Source of the DNA: Candidatus Izemoplasmatales bacterium
GTDB lineage: Bacteria > Bacillota_I > Bacilli_A > Izemoplasmatales > Hujiaoplasmataceae
DNA: 35,083 bases
Assembly: GCA_050177605.1 (NCBI GenBank)
Contig: JBFXGX010000015.1
Coordinates: 1 to 35,083 of the forward strand
Direction of reading: 5' to 3'
In this document: positions 8,761 to 18,061 of the stretch, in pieces
Numbering within the stretch: the first letter of the stretch is position 1
Layout: every line of letters starts with the position of its first letter
Made by a program: the position numbers and the translations under genes
Notes under the pieces: model-generated
What the model saw: the letters and a program-made list of their open reading frames with translations, nothing else
Databases searched by the model: none
Told to the model about the DNA's origin: nothing

Positions 8761-9336
8761 TTATCCTCGATATAAATTGTTTTTCATAATATAGTCAAAT
8801 ACTTCTTCACAAACATAACTAGGATCAAATGTTTCTCTAAATGCAGTTGAAGAAATACTAGAATCAAATTCAGCTAAAACGATAAAACGACTTGCATAGT
8901 CTTTTAAGAAAGCATCTTCTTCAATATATTTTTGCAAGTCTGTGCCATGTCTGTTAATCACAATAAAGCGAAACTCAGAAAGTAATGCTTTAGCATTTAT
9001 CCATTTATGAAGTTTCATTAGATTATCCGCGCCAATGACAAATGCGATCTCATCGCCTGGATATTTTTCTTGAAAACGGATTAAAGATTGGTAGGTACCT
9101 AAATAATCAGAATCATCAAATTCTAGATTTGACACGCTAGCTTTCGGTAAGGAATCAATCATTAAATGAATCATTTCTTCTCTGTGGAAATTACTTACTA
9201 AACTTCTTTTCGTATAGAGATTGCTAACAGGTAAATAGATAAATTCTTTAAAATCAACTACTTTCTCAATCAGATAATATATTTCTTTATGAGCCACTGT
9301 CGGTGGATTAAATGCGCCGCCAAAGATTACAATCAC
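8761..9336 (-). CDS. nadD: Nicotinate/nicotinamide nucleotide adenylyltransferase
   Basis: FGGAFNPPTVAH, IGADN, W, ISST motifs; directly upstream of nadE. Confidence 0.9.
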   Translation of the reverse strand: MIVIFGGAFNPPTVAHKEIYYLIEKVVDFKEFIYLPVSNLYTKRSLVSNFHREEMIHLMIDSLPKASVSNLEFDDSDYLGTYQSLIRFQEKYPGDEIAFVIGADNLMKLHKWINAKALLSEFRFIVINRHGTDLQKYIEEDAFLKDYASRFIVLAEFDSSISSTAFRETFDPSYVCEEVFDYIMKNNLYRG

Positions 9337-9420
9337 GTAGATTTCCCCTTCCGTCTATTTCTAGTTCTATTTTAACATACAAAGCTAGTGTTTGAAAAGA
9401 AATACTAATTCTTAAAGATA

Positions 9421-9429
9421 TGTTATAAT
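9421..9429 (+). promoter_or_regulatory. Extended -10 promoter element for the M42 peptidase
   Basis: TGtTATAAT 16 nt before ATG 9446; no clear -35. Confidence 0.5.
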
Positions 9430-9445
9430 ATCTTTGGGTGATAAA

Positions 9446-10477
9446 ATGAAAGATATGACATCAAAAATATTGGATTATGCAGTAAAACTATTAAACGTAC
9501 CTTCTCCAAGTGGCTATAGCGAACAAGTTATTCCATTTATTGAAGATACTTTTGGTTCTTTAGGTTTTGATTTAGATAAAACAAAAAAAGGGAATGTAAT
9601 CATCACCGTACCTGGTAAAACCAACAAAGTGCTAGGATTATCAGGACATGTAGATACACTAGGCGCAATGGTAAAGAGTATTAGTGGAGACGGTACACTT
9701 AAGTTTACACCGATTGGCGGTCCAATTTGGCCAACCTTAGATGGCGAGTATGTGATTGTTCATACACGAGAAGGTGTTGATTATACTGGAACGTTCCTTT
9801 CAACTTCCCCATCAACGCATGTATTCAAGGATGCATCGACAAAGGATCGAAATCCTGAAAATATGTATGTCAGATTGGATGAAATTGTATATAATAAGCA
9901 AAATACGCTTGATTTAGGTATTCGTCCAGGAGATTTTATTTTCTTTGATCCAAAAACAGTAATTACGCCTTCTGGATTTATTAAAAGTCGTTTTTTAGAT
10001 GATAAGATCAGTGTCGCAATACTATATGGTTTATTAACAACTTTAAAAGAAGAATCAATCATCCCTGAATATACATTAAAAATCATGATCAGCACCTATG
10101 AAGAAGTTGGTCACGGGGCGTCTTACGTACCTCTACTCGATGAGTTTATCGCTGTTGACATGGGTTGTATTGGCGATGACCTCTCTTGTACTGAAGAGAT
10201 GGTTTCCATCTGTGCAAAAGATTCAAGTGGCCCTTATGACTATGATATTATCAACCGATTAGTTTCTTCTGCTAAAGAAAATAATCTAGGATACGCTACG
10301 GATATCTATCCAATGTATGGTTCCGATGTCTCCGCTGCATATCGTGGTGGAAATGATTTTAAAGGGGGGCTCATTGGACCTGGTGTTCATGCGTCTCATG
10401 GTATGGAACGCACGCATAAAAACGCTGTTCAGAACACTTTATCGTTATTATTAGCATATATTCAAAAAAAACATTAA
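9446..10477 (+). CDS. M42 family metallo-aminopeptidase (YhfE-like)
   Basis: PSPSG, GHVDTLG, RFLDDK, YEEVGHG, AVDMG, SHGMER metal-ligand motifs. ATG 9446 after GGGTGA. Confidence 0.92.
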   Translation: MKDMTSKILDYAVKLLNVPSPSGYSEQVIPFIEDTFGSLGFDLDKTKKGNVIITVPGKTNKVLGLSGHVDTLGAMVKSISGDGTLKFTPIGGPIWPTLDGEYVIVHTREGVDYTGTFLSTSPSTHVFKDASTKDRNPENMYVRLDEIVYNKQNTLDLGIRPGDFIFFDPKTVITPSGFIKSRFLDDKISVAILYGLLTTLKEESIIPEYTLKIMISTYEEVGHGASYVPLLDEFIAVDMGCIGDDLSCTEEMVSICAKDSSGPYDYDIINRLVSSAKENNLGYATDIYPMYGSDVSAAYRGGNDFKGGLIGPGVHASHGMERTHKNAVQNTLSLLLAYIQKKH

Positions 10478-10483
10478 AACATC

Positions 10484-10512
10484 TTGTAAATATAGAATAA
10501 CTCTTCTATAAT
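10484..10512 (+). promoter_or_regulatory. SigA-type promoter
   Basis: TTGTAA, 17-nt spacer, TATAAT upstream of the 98-aa gene. Confidence 0.65.
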
Positions 10513-10541
10513 AAAAAATATCAATATAGGGGGGAAAACAG

Positions 10542-10838
10542 ATGAAAAAATTAGCAGACTTTTTAGGGAAATTCTTTGGGTTTTTAACAATTATGTTGTA
10601 TGCATTTCTATTTTTAAATGCAATGATTGATTTTGGTGTTCCAGCAGAAATTATGTCAATTTTACTTACTGTGAAGTTCTATGCTTTATTCGTCGTTTGT
10701 GGTATTGCAGGCTACGAATTTGTCGCAGGAAAGAAAATTTTTGCATTTCTTTATTTAATCGTACTTGCATTTGTTGTAATCTTTAGTTTCTTTCCAGACA
10801 TTAGTAGTCAAATATCAGACATTGTAACAAATATGTAA
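10542..10838 (+). CDS. Small membrane protein (3 predicted helices), unknown function
   Basis: Own promoter, GGGGGG RBS, downstream terminator, hydrophobic sequence. Confidence 0.8.
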   Translation: MKKLADFLGKFFGFLTIMLYAFLFLNAMIDFGVPAEIMSILLTVKFYALFVVCGIAGYEFVAGKKIFAFLYLIVLAFVVIFSFFPDISSQISDIVTNM

Positions 10839-10840
10839 TC

Positions 10841-10873
10841 AAAAAGGACAACGAAAAGTTGTCCATTTTTTTT
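10841..10873. terminator. Bidirectional intrinsic terminator
   Basis: AAAAA-GGACAAC-gaaaa-GTTGTCC-ATTTTTTTT between convergent genes. Confidence 0.8.
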
Positions 10874-11603
10874 ATAATACTCGTTTTAAAAATTCTTTTG
10901 TTCTTTCTTCTTTTGGAGAAGAAAAAATCAAATGAGGTAAATTTTCTTCAAGGACAATCCCTTGGTCCATAAAAATAACTCGAGAAGAAACATCTCTTGC
11001 AAAACTCATTTCATGAGTCACGACAACCATCGTCATCCCTTTATTCGCGAGATTTTTCATTACTTCAAGTACTTCTCCGACCATTTCAGGGTCAAGTGCA
11101 CTTGTTGGTTCATCAAATAAGAGTACTTTTGGATTCATTGCAAGTGCTCTTGCAATCGCAACTCTTTGTTTTTGCCCACCTGATAGTTGTTTTGGATTTT
11201 GATAAGCAAAGTCCTTTAAATCAACCATCTCAAGAAGTTCTAGCCCTCTCTCCAAAGCTTCACTCCTTGAAATGTTTAATACCTTCATTGGGGCTAACAT
11301 ACAGTTTTCCACAACATTTAGATTATTAAAAAGATTAAATGATTGAAACACCATACCCATTCTTGCACGTAAATGATTTAAATCTATCGATTGATTGGTG
11401 ATATTTTCTCCTTCAAAGAAGATATCACCACTAGAAGGTTCTTCAAGTAAATTTAAACAACGTAATAAAGTTGATTTCCCTGATCCACTTGATCCTATGA
11501 TCGATAATACTTCTCCTTCATATAAATCTAGGTTTATTCCCTTAAGTACTTCTAAACTAGAAAACGATTTATAGAGATTTTTTACTTCAATAATCTTATT
11601 CAT
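10872..11603 (-). CDS. Polar amino-acid ABC transporter ATP-binding protein (GlnQ family)
   Basis: [52 protein letters not shown]. Confidence 0.95.
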   Translation of the reverse strand: MNKIIEVKNLYKSFSSLEVLKGINLDLYEGEVLSIIGSSGSGKSTLLRCLNLLEEPSSGDIFFEGENITNQSIDLNHLRARMGMVFQSFNLFNNLNVVENCMLAPMKVLNISRSEALERGLELLEMVDLKDFAYQNPKQLSGGQKQRVAIARALAMNPKVLLFDEPTSALDPEMVGEVLEVMKNLANKGMTMVVVTHEMSFARDVSSRVIFMDQGIVLEENLPHLIFSSPKEERTKEFLKRVL

Positions 11604-11612
11604 CTTGTCCTC

Positions 11613-12824
11613 CTAGTTTGAACTGGTAAGTTCTTTAATTGGCATATCTAATTTCTTTTCAATACGTTGAAGTATTTTGGTCACCGTATAAGTTAAGAAT
11701 AAATAAATAAGCGCAACAACAAAGTAAGCTTCCAGTTGTCGATAATGCATTCCCGCAATTTTTTGTGTTTGATTAAACAACTCAAATATGCCGATAATTG
11801 ATAATACGGAAGTATCTTTGATATTAATAACAAATTCGTTTCCAATTGCAGGCATAGAGTTTTTAATTGCTTGTGGGAAGATAACATAACGCATGGTTTG
11901 TATACTTGAAAGGCCCAAACTACGAGCTGCTTCTGTTTGACCAGAATCAATCGAATTGATACCTCCTCTTAATATTTCCGCAATATACGCTGTGGTATTG
12001 AGTGATACTACGAATAAACCGCATAGCATTGCGTCGCCAAAAAGCCCTAATCCATACCAGAAAAATGCAGCTTGAACAATCATTGGCGTTCCCCTAAATA
12101 CAGTTACATAGACTTTCGCAAAAGTTTGGAAGAATTTACGTACATAGACAATCCATTTTTTCTCGTGTCTTGCACTTGAATTTAATCGCATTAATACTAA
12201 AACCATGGCTAAGACAAAGCCGATGATCGTCCCTGCAAGGGATAAAAGTAATGTCGTCATGACACCTTCGAGAAATAGTGACATGTAACGGAACAGTGTA
12301 AAGAAAACACCTCCCCAGAAATCATCTGGCATTGTTGGAATTAATTCTCCAGTAATTGTTAATGTTGAAGTCTCTACCCCATCTGTAAACGTAGCGATTA
12401 AAGTAAATGGATCATTTCCTGCTATTGCGGAAGGTAAACTCGTAATTGTCGCGTTGTATACAAGAATACTCACTGGTCCTGTTGTTGTCGAGATTGAAAT
12501 GGTTTCAGTACTAGAGGAAATGTTGATTCTTGAACTATTGACTTCCCAAGTAATCAAAATATCTTGATAAGTTGCAGGTAGATAAAATCCAGTAGAAAGT
12601 TGTTGAAGTTTTGCATCCGTCAATGTCTGATACTTATAACTACTATAAATATCAATATTATCCATTGCTTCTTGCAAAGCTTCGTTTGCTGTACTTGATT
12701 GTAAAGTTTCTGCACTAACATCGTGATTAAATAGACTGAAATTCCCGGATGTTGCGATATTAATGATACCAACTGCGATAGCGAGTATTACGATTTGTAA
12801 AAATATTTTTTTAAATTTTGCCAT
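11613..12824 (-). CDS. Polar amino-acid ABC permease (HisM family) with an extra N-terminal extracellular domain
   Basis: FRGTPMIVQ, AYIAEILRGGI, GQTEAARSLGLS, IFPQA, NIKDTS; ~165-aa N-terminal extension. ATG 12824 after AAAGGA. Confidence 0.9.
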   Translation of the reverse strand: MAKFKKIFLQIVILAIAVGIINIATSGNFSLFNHDVSAETLQSSTANEALQEAMDNIDIYSSYKYQTLTDAKLQQLSTGFYLPATYQDILITWEVNSSRINISSSTETISISTTTGPVSILVYNATITSLPSAIAGNDPFTLIATFTDGVETSTLTITGELIPTMPDDFWGGVFFTLFRYMSLFLEGVMTTLLLSLAGTIIGFVLAMVLVLMRLNSSARHEKKWIVYVRKFFQTFAKVYVTVFRGTPMIVQAAFFWYGLGLFGDAMLCGLFVVSLNTTAYIAEILRGGINSIDSGQTEAARSLGLSSIQTMRYVIFPQAIKNSMPAIGNEFVINIKDTSVLSIIGIFELFNQTQKIAGMHYRQLEAYFVVALIYLFLTYTVTKILQRIEKKLDMPIKELTSSN

Positions 12825-12848
12825 GATATGTCCTTTCAAAATGAATGA

Positions 12849-12867
12849 ATGAGGGAAAATCCCTCAT
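12849..12867. other. Intergenic hairpin after the substrate-binding gene (mRNA stabiliser or partial terminator)
   Basis: ATGAGGG-aaaat-CCCTCAT inverted repeat. Confidence 0.55.
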
Positions 12868-12875
12868 CATTTTTT

Positions 12876-13733
12876 TTATGGTTGGCGATCAATTGCACTT
12901 AGCATCCATTCTTCTCTTGTATCAGATGAAATGGTGCCTAAGATAGTATTGATTCTTGCTAATAAAGTTACATCAGCTTGTCTAACTGCGATAGCGACAG
13001 CACTATCTTCATAAGAAACATTAAATCCATTACCTTCTGTAAAAGTAATATAAGTTAACTCTGGATTCGATTCACATACCGCGATAGCGACAGGTAATTC
13101 TAAGATAGTTGCGTCATATGTTCCAGCATTAATTGCGGTCACGATTGTTGGAACATCGCCAAGTGGGTTTTCATGTGTAGCACCAGTCAATTGATCTACA
13201 AGGTCATCATAGATGGTCGACATTTGAGCTACAACACTTGCTCCTGAAAAATCATTAATGGATGTTGCATTAGCGTAAGCAGAATCACTTCTTAGTACAA
13301 CAACATGTGTTGAATTATAGTATTCGTCAGAAAATGCGACTGTTTGAGCGCGTTCTGCAGTTGGGCTCATACCTGCAATAATCATATCAATTTGTCCAGA
13401 TTCAGATAATGAAGGAATTAAACCATCCCAATCAACAGCTTTCACCACTAAGTCAACACCTAATCCTTCTGCAATTGCAGTAGCAACTTGAATGTCATAA
13501 CCATCACAGTAATTATTCGTACCATCGATGATTACAGCGGTGTCATAGGCATTTGAATCTTGAACAGTCCAGTTAAATGGTGCGTATGCACATTCTAGAC
13601 CAACAACAATGTATCCTCTTTCTTGAATTGCATCAAAGTTGTCACTTGATACATCAATCGTTGAAGATGAATTACATCCGTATAAAGCTACAAAACCAAA
13701 TACGGTTAAAACGAATAATAAAGCTTTTTTCAT
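12876..13733 (-). CDS. Amino-acid ABC transporter substrate-binding lipoprotein (SBP family 3), probably for lysine
   Basis: Lipobox LYGC, GLECAYAPFNW, GYDI, WDGLIPSL, IAGMSPTAER, FSDEYY; lies downstream of a lysine riboswitch. Confidence 0.9.
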   Translation of the reverse strand: MKKALLFVLTVFGFVALYGCNSSSTIDVSSDNFDAIQERGYIVVGLECAYAPFNWTVQDSNAYDTAVIIDGTNNYCDGYDIQVATAIAEGLGVDLVVKAVDWDGLIPSLSESGQIDMIIAGMSPTAERAQTVAFSDEYYNSTHVVVLRSDSAYANATSINDFSGASVVAQMSTIYDDLVDQLTGATHENPLGDVPTIVTAINAGTYDATILELPVAIAVCESNPELTYITFTEGNGFNVSYEDSAVAIAVRQADVTLLARINTILGTISSDTREEWMLSAIDRQP

Positions 13734-13762
13734 TTTAAATTCTCCTTTTTGTGATTTAAGCG

Positions 13763-13789
13763 AAAAAAAAGCGTCACATTAGACGCTTT
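13763..13789 (-). terminator. Leader terminator (riboswitch expression platform)
   Basis: Minus strand AAAGCGTC-taatgt-GACGCTTT-TTTTT between the aptamer and the RBS. Confidence 0.85.
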
Positions 13790-13812
13790 AAAATAAATCA
13801 CATAAGAATTTA

Positions 13813-13982
13813 AATTGTTTTAGCGCCTCTATCTGAAATGATAGGAGTGTTATAAGTGTTCCTTATAACCCCATGAAAAAAATATGTCTATCTTTTTCAT
13901 TCGGCGATGATTACCTTTCTTCTGCTTCATCGACTACCGTCTCAGCAAAATACTTATTTACATCGCTACCTCTAAACTAATA
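13813..13982 (-). ncRNA. Lysine riboswitch (L-box) aptamer
   Basis: Conserved elements in order on the minus strand: AGAGGuAGCG, AGUA, GAAAGG, GCCGAA, stem UGAAAAA/UUUUUCA, UGGGG, stem GUUAUAAG/CUUAUAAC, ACU, stem CUAUC/GAUAG, AGGCGCU. About 170 nt, between a promoter and a terminator. Confidence 0.88.
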
Positions 13983-14005
13983 TGAAGTTTTTTCACTTTG
14001 ACTAA

Positions 14006-14033
14006 ATTATACGGTTATTTTCAAGATTGTCAA
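14006..14033 (-). promoter_or_regulatory. SigA-type promoter of the riboswitch/ABC operon
   Basis: TTGACA, 16-nt spacer, TATAAT. Confidence 0.8.
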
Positions 14034-14076
14034 CATAAAATGCTCAAAAATTTTCGAAATTGGACTTGAAAACGTT

Positions 14077-15531
14077 TTAGTAAGTATAATTTTCTAAATA
14101 ATTAAGTACATTTTGTTGTTTCGTAACGATGTAATAAGCAACGTTACGAAGACCAAATACTTGGTTTCCTAAATGATTTTCGTTCACTAAAAGATCTTGA
14201 TACAACTCTTTTGCTTGGATATATTCTAAATAAAAATGATCATAATTGAAAAAAGAATTGACGAATTCATCTAAATAGGACAAATACAGATTTTTGTATT
14301 CTTCTACTGAGAAAAAGGAGTTGACTAAAATTGCATACTGATCAGTATCACTAAATAACGGATAATATAGTCCATACTGATAGGTCACATCCTGATGCTT
14401 TCCAAAGCCTAGTGAATTATCGAGGTCAAAGGGAATATAGACTGCTTGATTGGTATAAACGTTGAAATACAAATAATAGTTATTATAGTTATACCGGTAA
14501 TCATCTGTGTTTCCAAGTAGAAAATCTATGGCCAAAGCTCTAGCAAATGAATCTACGTCGAGTAAGTCGGTGGCATGAGTCTCAAATGTAGTTAAGTTAT
14601 TGATATCTGTAATAAAGTCGATTAACGTATCATGTCTAGTTCTTGTGCCATCTAGCGTATTGTTTTTTAAAGCATAAGAATAACGTTCGTTCAAATCATT
14701 TTCGTTAATTCCGATTAGCCCATCATAATTAAGACTAAGATCAGCGATACCGCTTGTGTCGGTAGCTTTATATAAATCACCATAGTCACCAATCAAGTCA
14801 CTATCGAAGTTTTTCTTTAAAAATTCAGTATCTACTGGTTCAATGACAGTATAAAATCCGTAATTAATGATTGTTTCACCGATTTTTAAATAAACAATAG
14901 CATTGGTTGCTTTAGATACTGCAATCCCTGCTTCATCATAAAGTAAATAGGAATACATTTCGGAAATCATCGCTTCATCATAATTCGCATCATATGATTT
15001 GCAATATTCAAAATTTAATTGATCCACATTAAAGGCTTCTCTTGTGTTCAATACGGCATATTCATTACTATATTCGCTATAATCAAAGGTCGCATCAAAT
15101 TGGATTTGGAAAGACGTTTGATGATATGTTGCGCGGTTCATCCAATCATACGTCAAAGGTAGATTTCTAGATGTATTACTTTTTGTCCTAAATCCTACTT
15201 CGTAGATGGTGAAGGATTCGCCTAAACCATCGTTATAAATAATATTTACTTTGCTCATTGTATTATCTTGATAAGTACCATATTGATCAAAATAAGCTTG
15301 CATATTCGATAATAATTCTTGAAAGGACTCTTCAGTGAATTCAATGGTGAAAGACTTAAAATTTGAATTATCAAAAAGGTTTTTATAGTCTTCTTTTTGC
15401 TTGCGACTTACGGTTAATTTGGTAATCGATTCTGGATTATTGATGTTATATACATATTGGTAGTATGAAAAATAGGCAATACTTGCCAATAAGAAGAGGA
15501 TTAGAAATGCTCTTTTAACATGTAATCCCAT
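14077..15531 (-). CDS. CotH kinase family protein with an N-terminal membrane anchor
   Basis: GFRTKSNTSR, YGFYTVIEPVD, GDLYKA, GNTDDY..NNYYLYF, IPFDLDNSLG. ATG 15531 after GGAGG. Confidence 0.85.
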   Translation of the reverse strand: MGLHVKRAFLILFLLASIAYFSYYQYVYNINNPESITKLTVSRKQKEDYKNLFDNSNFKSFTIEFTEESFQELLSNMQAYFDQYGTYQDNTMSKVNIIYNDGLGESFTIYEVGFRTKSNTSRNLPLTYDWMNRATYHQTSFQIQFDATFDYSEYSNEYAVLNTREAFNVDQLNFEYCKSYDANYDEAMISEMYSYLLYDEAGIAVSKATNAIVYLKIGETIINYGFYTVIEPVDTEFLKKNFDSDLIGDYGDLYKATDTSGIADLSLNYDGLIGINENDLNERYSYALKNNTLDGTRTRHDTLIDFITDINNLTTFETHATDLLDVDSFARALAIDFLLGNTDDYRYNYNNYYLYFNVYTNQAVYIPFDLDNSLGFGKHQDVTYQYGLYYPLFSDTDQYAILVNSFFSVEEYKNLYLSYLDEFVNSFFNYDHFYLEYIQAKELYQDLLVNENHLGNQVFGLRNVAYYIVTKQQNVLNYLENYTY

Positions 15532-15542
15532 CAATTAACCTC

Positions 15543-17111
15543 CTAATTAATATAAGATAAAGCGCTATTTCTAGCATTTGTTGATTTTTGAGCAAAGTAA
15601 TCACTTAGGGTCATATTTCTAGATTCTAAAGAAAAATTCTTCACACCAAGATGATTATATAAGTTCGCTTCTGCTTCATATAAAGCCTTCACTTGATAAA
15701 ACTCGGCAACAGCATCTTGATAATTAAATATACCGTTGGTCGGATTTGTATATTCAATGATGTAGTTTAAGTATTGTTGTTTGTAAGCAGAAATTTGTAA
15801 TATATTATAAGCCATCGGTAAATCAGAAGAATTTCCGATATAAGACTGTGCTGGAGGATAGTTGAGAACATCTAAATTTAGTCCATGATTACCATAAGGA
15901 TCCCATCCATACCCTAAACACTGATCCATATCAAATGGGATATAAACAGCTTTTCCTTCATAAAAATACAGGTAATAGTTATTTGCATCACTTCTATAGT
16001 CATCAGGACTACCAATTAAAAATCCCATCGCAAAAGCTTTTAACAAAGGATCAATATCGAGGATTTGTTCGAGAACATTTTGATAATTAATCACCGATGT
16101 ATTATTTAATTTATCAACGAAATTGATAAAACTAGAGAAGTTAGAGGTATCTTTATTGGTCTTTAATTGATATGTTTTACGATATCCTTCGTTATAGTCA
16201 GATACGCCTAAACTATAACCACTATAGTCGTTTGTCAACTTTGCTGGCTCTGTTTGCCAAACGCATTTGTATAAATCACCTACACTACCATCTTGATTTC
16301 TACCAAAATAACGTTTTACAAAGACGTCATCAATAGGTTCCTGTAACATAAATAGTCCATAAGGAACTTCGGTTCCTTCAATATCGAAGTAAATAATCGC
16401 AAAGGATGCTTTACTCGTCACAACACCTGCTTCCGTGTATAGTTCATAAGCCATCATTTCTGTCACAGCTGATGTATCATCTTCACGAATGTATTTAAAA
16501 TTAAGTTGTTCTAAATCAAAAGCTCGACGATCTTTTAATTCTTTATATTGTGTTGAATTCTCGAGATAATTAAAAGTTTCATTAAATTCAAGTTGGAATG
16601 ATACTTGTTGGTAACCAATAATATTTCCATTATTATCTTTAACGACAGGAAGTCTTCTTGAAAAAATATTCCCTTTTGTACGGAACCCTACCTCGTATAA
16701 GGTCATTCTATTTCCTAAGGAATCTGAATAATCAATATCCACTTCTTGAATCGTATTATCACGATAACTACCATACAAATCATTATAATTTTCCATATCA
16801 TCGATCAATTTTAAGAAATTAGCACGAGAGAAATGAATCACAAACTTTTTGTATACTGCATTATCGAATAATGTTTGATAGGTATATTCATCAATATCAA
16901 AATCAGTTGTCGTTGTAGAAATCACTGTGCCATCACTTGTCGTCACAAACCCAGAAGTGGTTGTCCCAGTCAAATTATTGCTTGTAGTCGTGGTAGTTGT
17001 AGTACTTATTGTAGAGGTGTTTGTTGATGTTGTTGTGATAGATGGTAAAAAATCACATCCCATAAGAAATGTGATTATGATTGTTAATAAAAATAGTAAG
17101 ATTTTCTTCAT
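15543..17111 (-). CDS. CotH kinase family lipoprotein with a Thr-rich linker
   Basis: Lipobox-like LMGC, GFRTKGN, YGLFMLQEPID, GDLYKC, YQLKTN, DDY..NNYYLYF, IPFDMDQCLG. Confidence 0.87.
   Translation of the reverse strand: MKKILLFLLTIIITFLMGCDFLPSITTTSTNTSTISTTTTTTTSNNLTGTTTSGFVTTSDGTVISTTTTDFDIDEYTYQTLFDNAVYKKFVIHFSRANFLKLIDDMENYNDLYGSYRDNTIQEVDIDYSDSLGNRMTLYEVGFRTKGNIFSRRLPVVKDNNGNIIGYQQVSFQLEFNETFNYLENSTQYKELKDRRAFDLEQLNFKYIREDDTSAVTEMMAYELYTEAGVVTSKASFAIIYFDIEGTEVPYGLFMLQEPIDDVFVKRYFGRNQDGSVGDLYKCVWQTEPAKLTNDYSGYSLGVSDYNEGYRKTYQLKTNKDTSNFSSFINFVDKLNNTSVINYQNVLEQILDIDPLLKAFAMGFLIGSPDDYRSDANNYYLYFYEGKAVYIPFDMDQCLGYGWDPYGNHGLNLDVLNYPPAQSYIGNSSDLPMAYNILQISAYKQQYLNYIIEYTNPTNGIFNYQDAVAEFYQVKALYEAEANLYNHLGVKNFSLESRNMTLSDYFAQKSTNARNSALSYIN
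16903..17042 (-). repeat. Low-complexity Thr/Ser-rich linker coding segment
   Basis: SITTTSTNTSTISTTTTTTTSNNLTGTTTSGFVTTSDGTVISTTTT, encoded with mixed ACN codons. Confidence 0.8.
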
Positions 17112-17121
17112 TGTATTTCCC

Positions 17122-17991
17122 TTATTTTCTAAATATTTTCATCTCTTTCATGACTACTGGTAAGTCGAGACGAATATCTAATTCTTCATCAGTAATTGGG
17201 TGTGTAAATGCAATGCGATGACTGAACAACATTAATTCTGAAACGTTATATTTCTTCGCATTGTAAATTTCATCACCAACAATCGGTGTATAAAAATGTG
17301 CAAAGTGGACACGTATTTGGTGGGTTTTACCTGTCTCAGATAAAATTCTAACGAGTGAAAATTGATTTGACTCTTTGATGACTTGATAGAATGTCTCACA
17401 TTCTTCACCATTCATTACTACTTCACGTTTAAATGAATTTTCAACGCGACCAATTGGGAGATTGATACAATTCTTTTTTGCGTCTAAGACACCATCAATC
17501 AGTGCAGTATATTCTCTTGTGATAGAACCTGGTGTACGATCACTAAGTAAATATTTAATAAAACGATTCTTCGCTAAAAGGATTAACCCAGAACTTTCTT
17601 TATCAAGTCGGTTCACGAAATGAATTTGGCTCTTGATATTGTTGTCCATATAGTATTGTTGAATGATATTGGCTAATGTGCCTTTTGGATGAGCTTTGGT
17701 GACCATAATTTGCATTTCTGCAGGTTTATTCACTACTAAAATGTAATCATCTTCAAATACAACATTCAGTTCTCCATTTTCCGGAGCGATTGTCGTATCA
17801 TACTCTTCATCTTGAATAAAAACATGAAGATGATCTCCTTTTTTAACAGTATCTTTAAATAACTTTTGTACTTGTCCTACGAAAATCTTTGGTTTTTGGT
17901 CTTCCATTTCAATAATTTTTGCTGGAACACTTTGTTCTTTCAAAAATCTTAAAATTGTTTCTGGTTTTTTAATCTTATAGATAAGTTCCAT
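17122..17991 (-). CDS. RluA family pseudouridine synthase
   Basis: VVNKPA, NRLDKESSG (catalytic Asp), ETGKTHQIRVH, PIVGD. Start moved to ATG 17991 after AAGGGA. Confidence 0.92.
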   Translation of the reverse strand: MELIYKIKKPETILRFLKEQSVPAKIIEMEDQKPKIFVGQVQKLFKDTVKKGDHLHVFIQDEEYDTTIAPENGELNVVFEDDYILVVNKPAEMQIMVTKAHPKGTLANIIQQYYMDNNIKSQIHFVNRLDKESSGLILLAKNRFIKYLLSDRTPGSITREYTALIDGVLDAKKNCINLPIGRVENSFKREVVMNGEECETFYQVIKESNQFSLVRILSETGKTHQIRVHFAHFYTPIVGDEIYNAKKYNVSELMLFSHRIAFTHPITDEELDIRLDLPVVMKEMKIFRK

Positions 17992-18021
17992 GGTGTCACA
18001 TCCCTTCTTCTCTATTATATC

Positions 18022-18061
18022 AAAAAATGGAAAAGAATGACAGTCCATTTCTTTTCCATTT
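18022..18061 (-). terminator. Intrinsic terminator of the DUF402 gene, adjacent to an extended -10 (TGaTATAAT) for the rluA-cotH genes
   Basis: Perfect 13-bp inverted repeat AAATGGAAAAGAA (18025-18037 / 18049-18061) running into a T-run on the minus strand. Confidence 0.7.

Noticed and set aside
13734..14005. T-box interpretation of the amino-acid ABC leader
   Set aside because: No AANNAGGGTGGTACCGCG-like T-box sequence; the motif order fits the lysine riboswitch.
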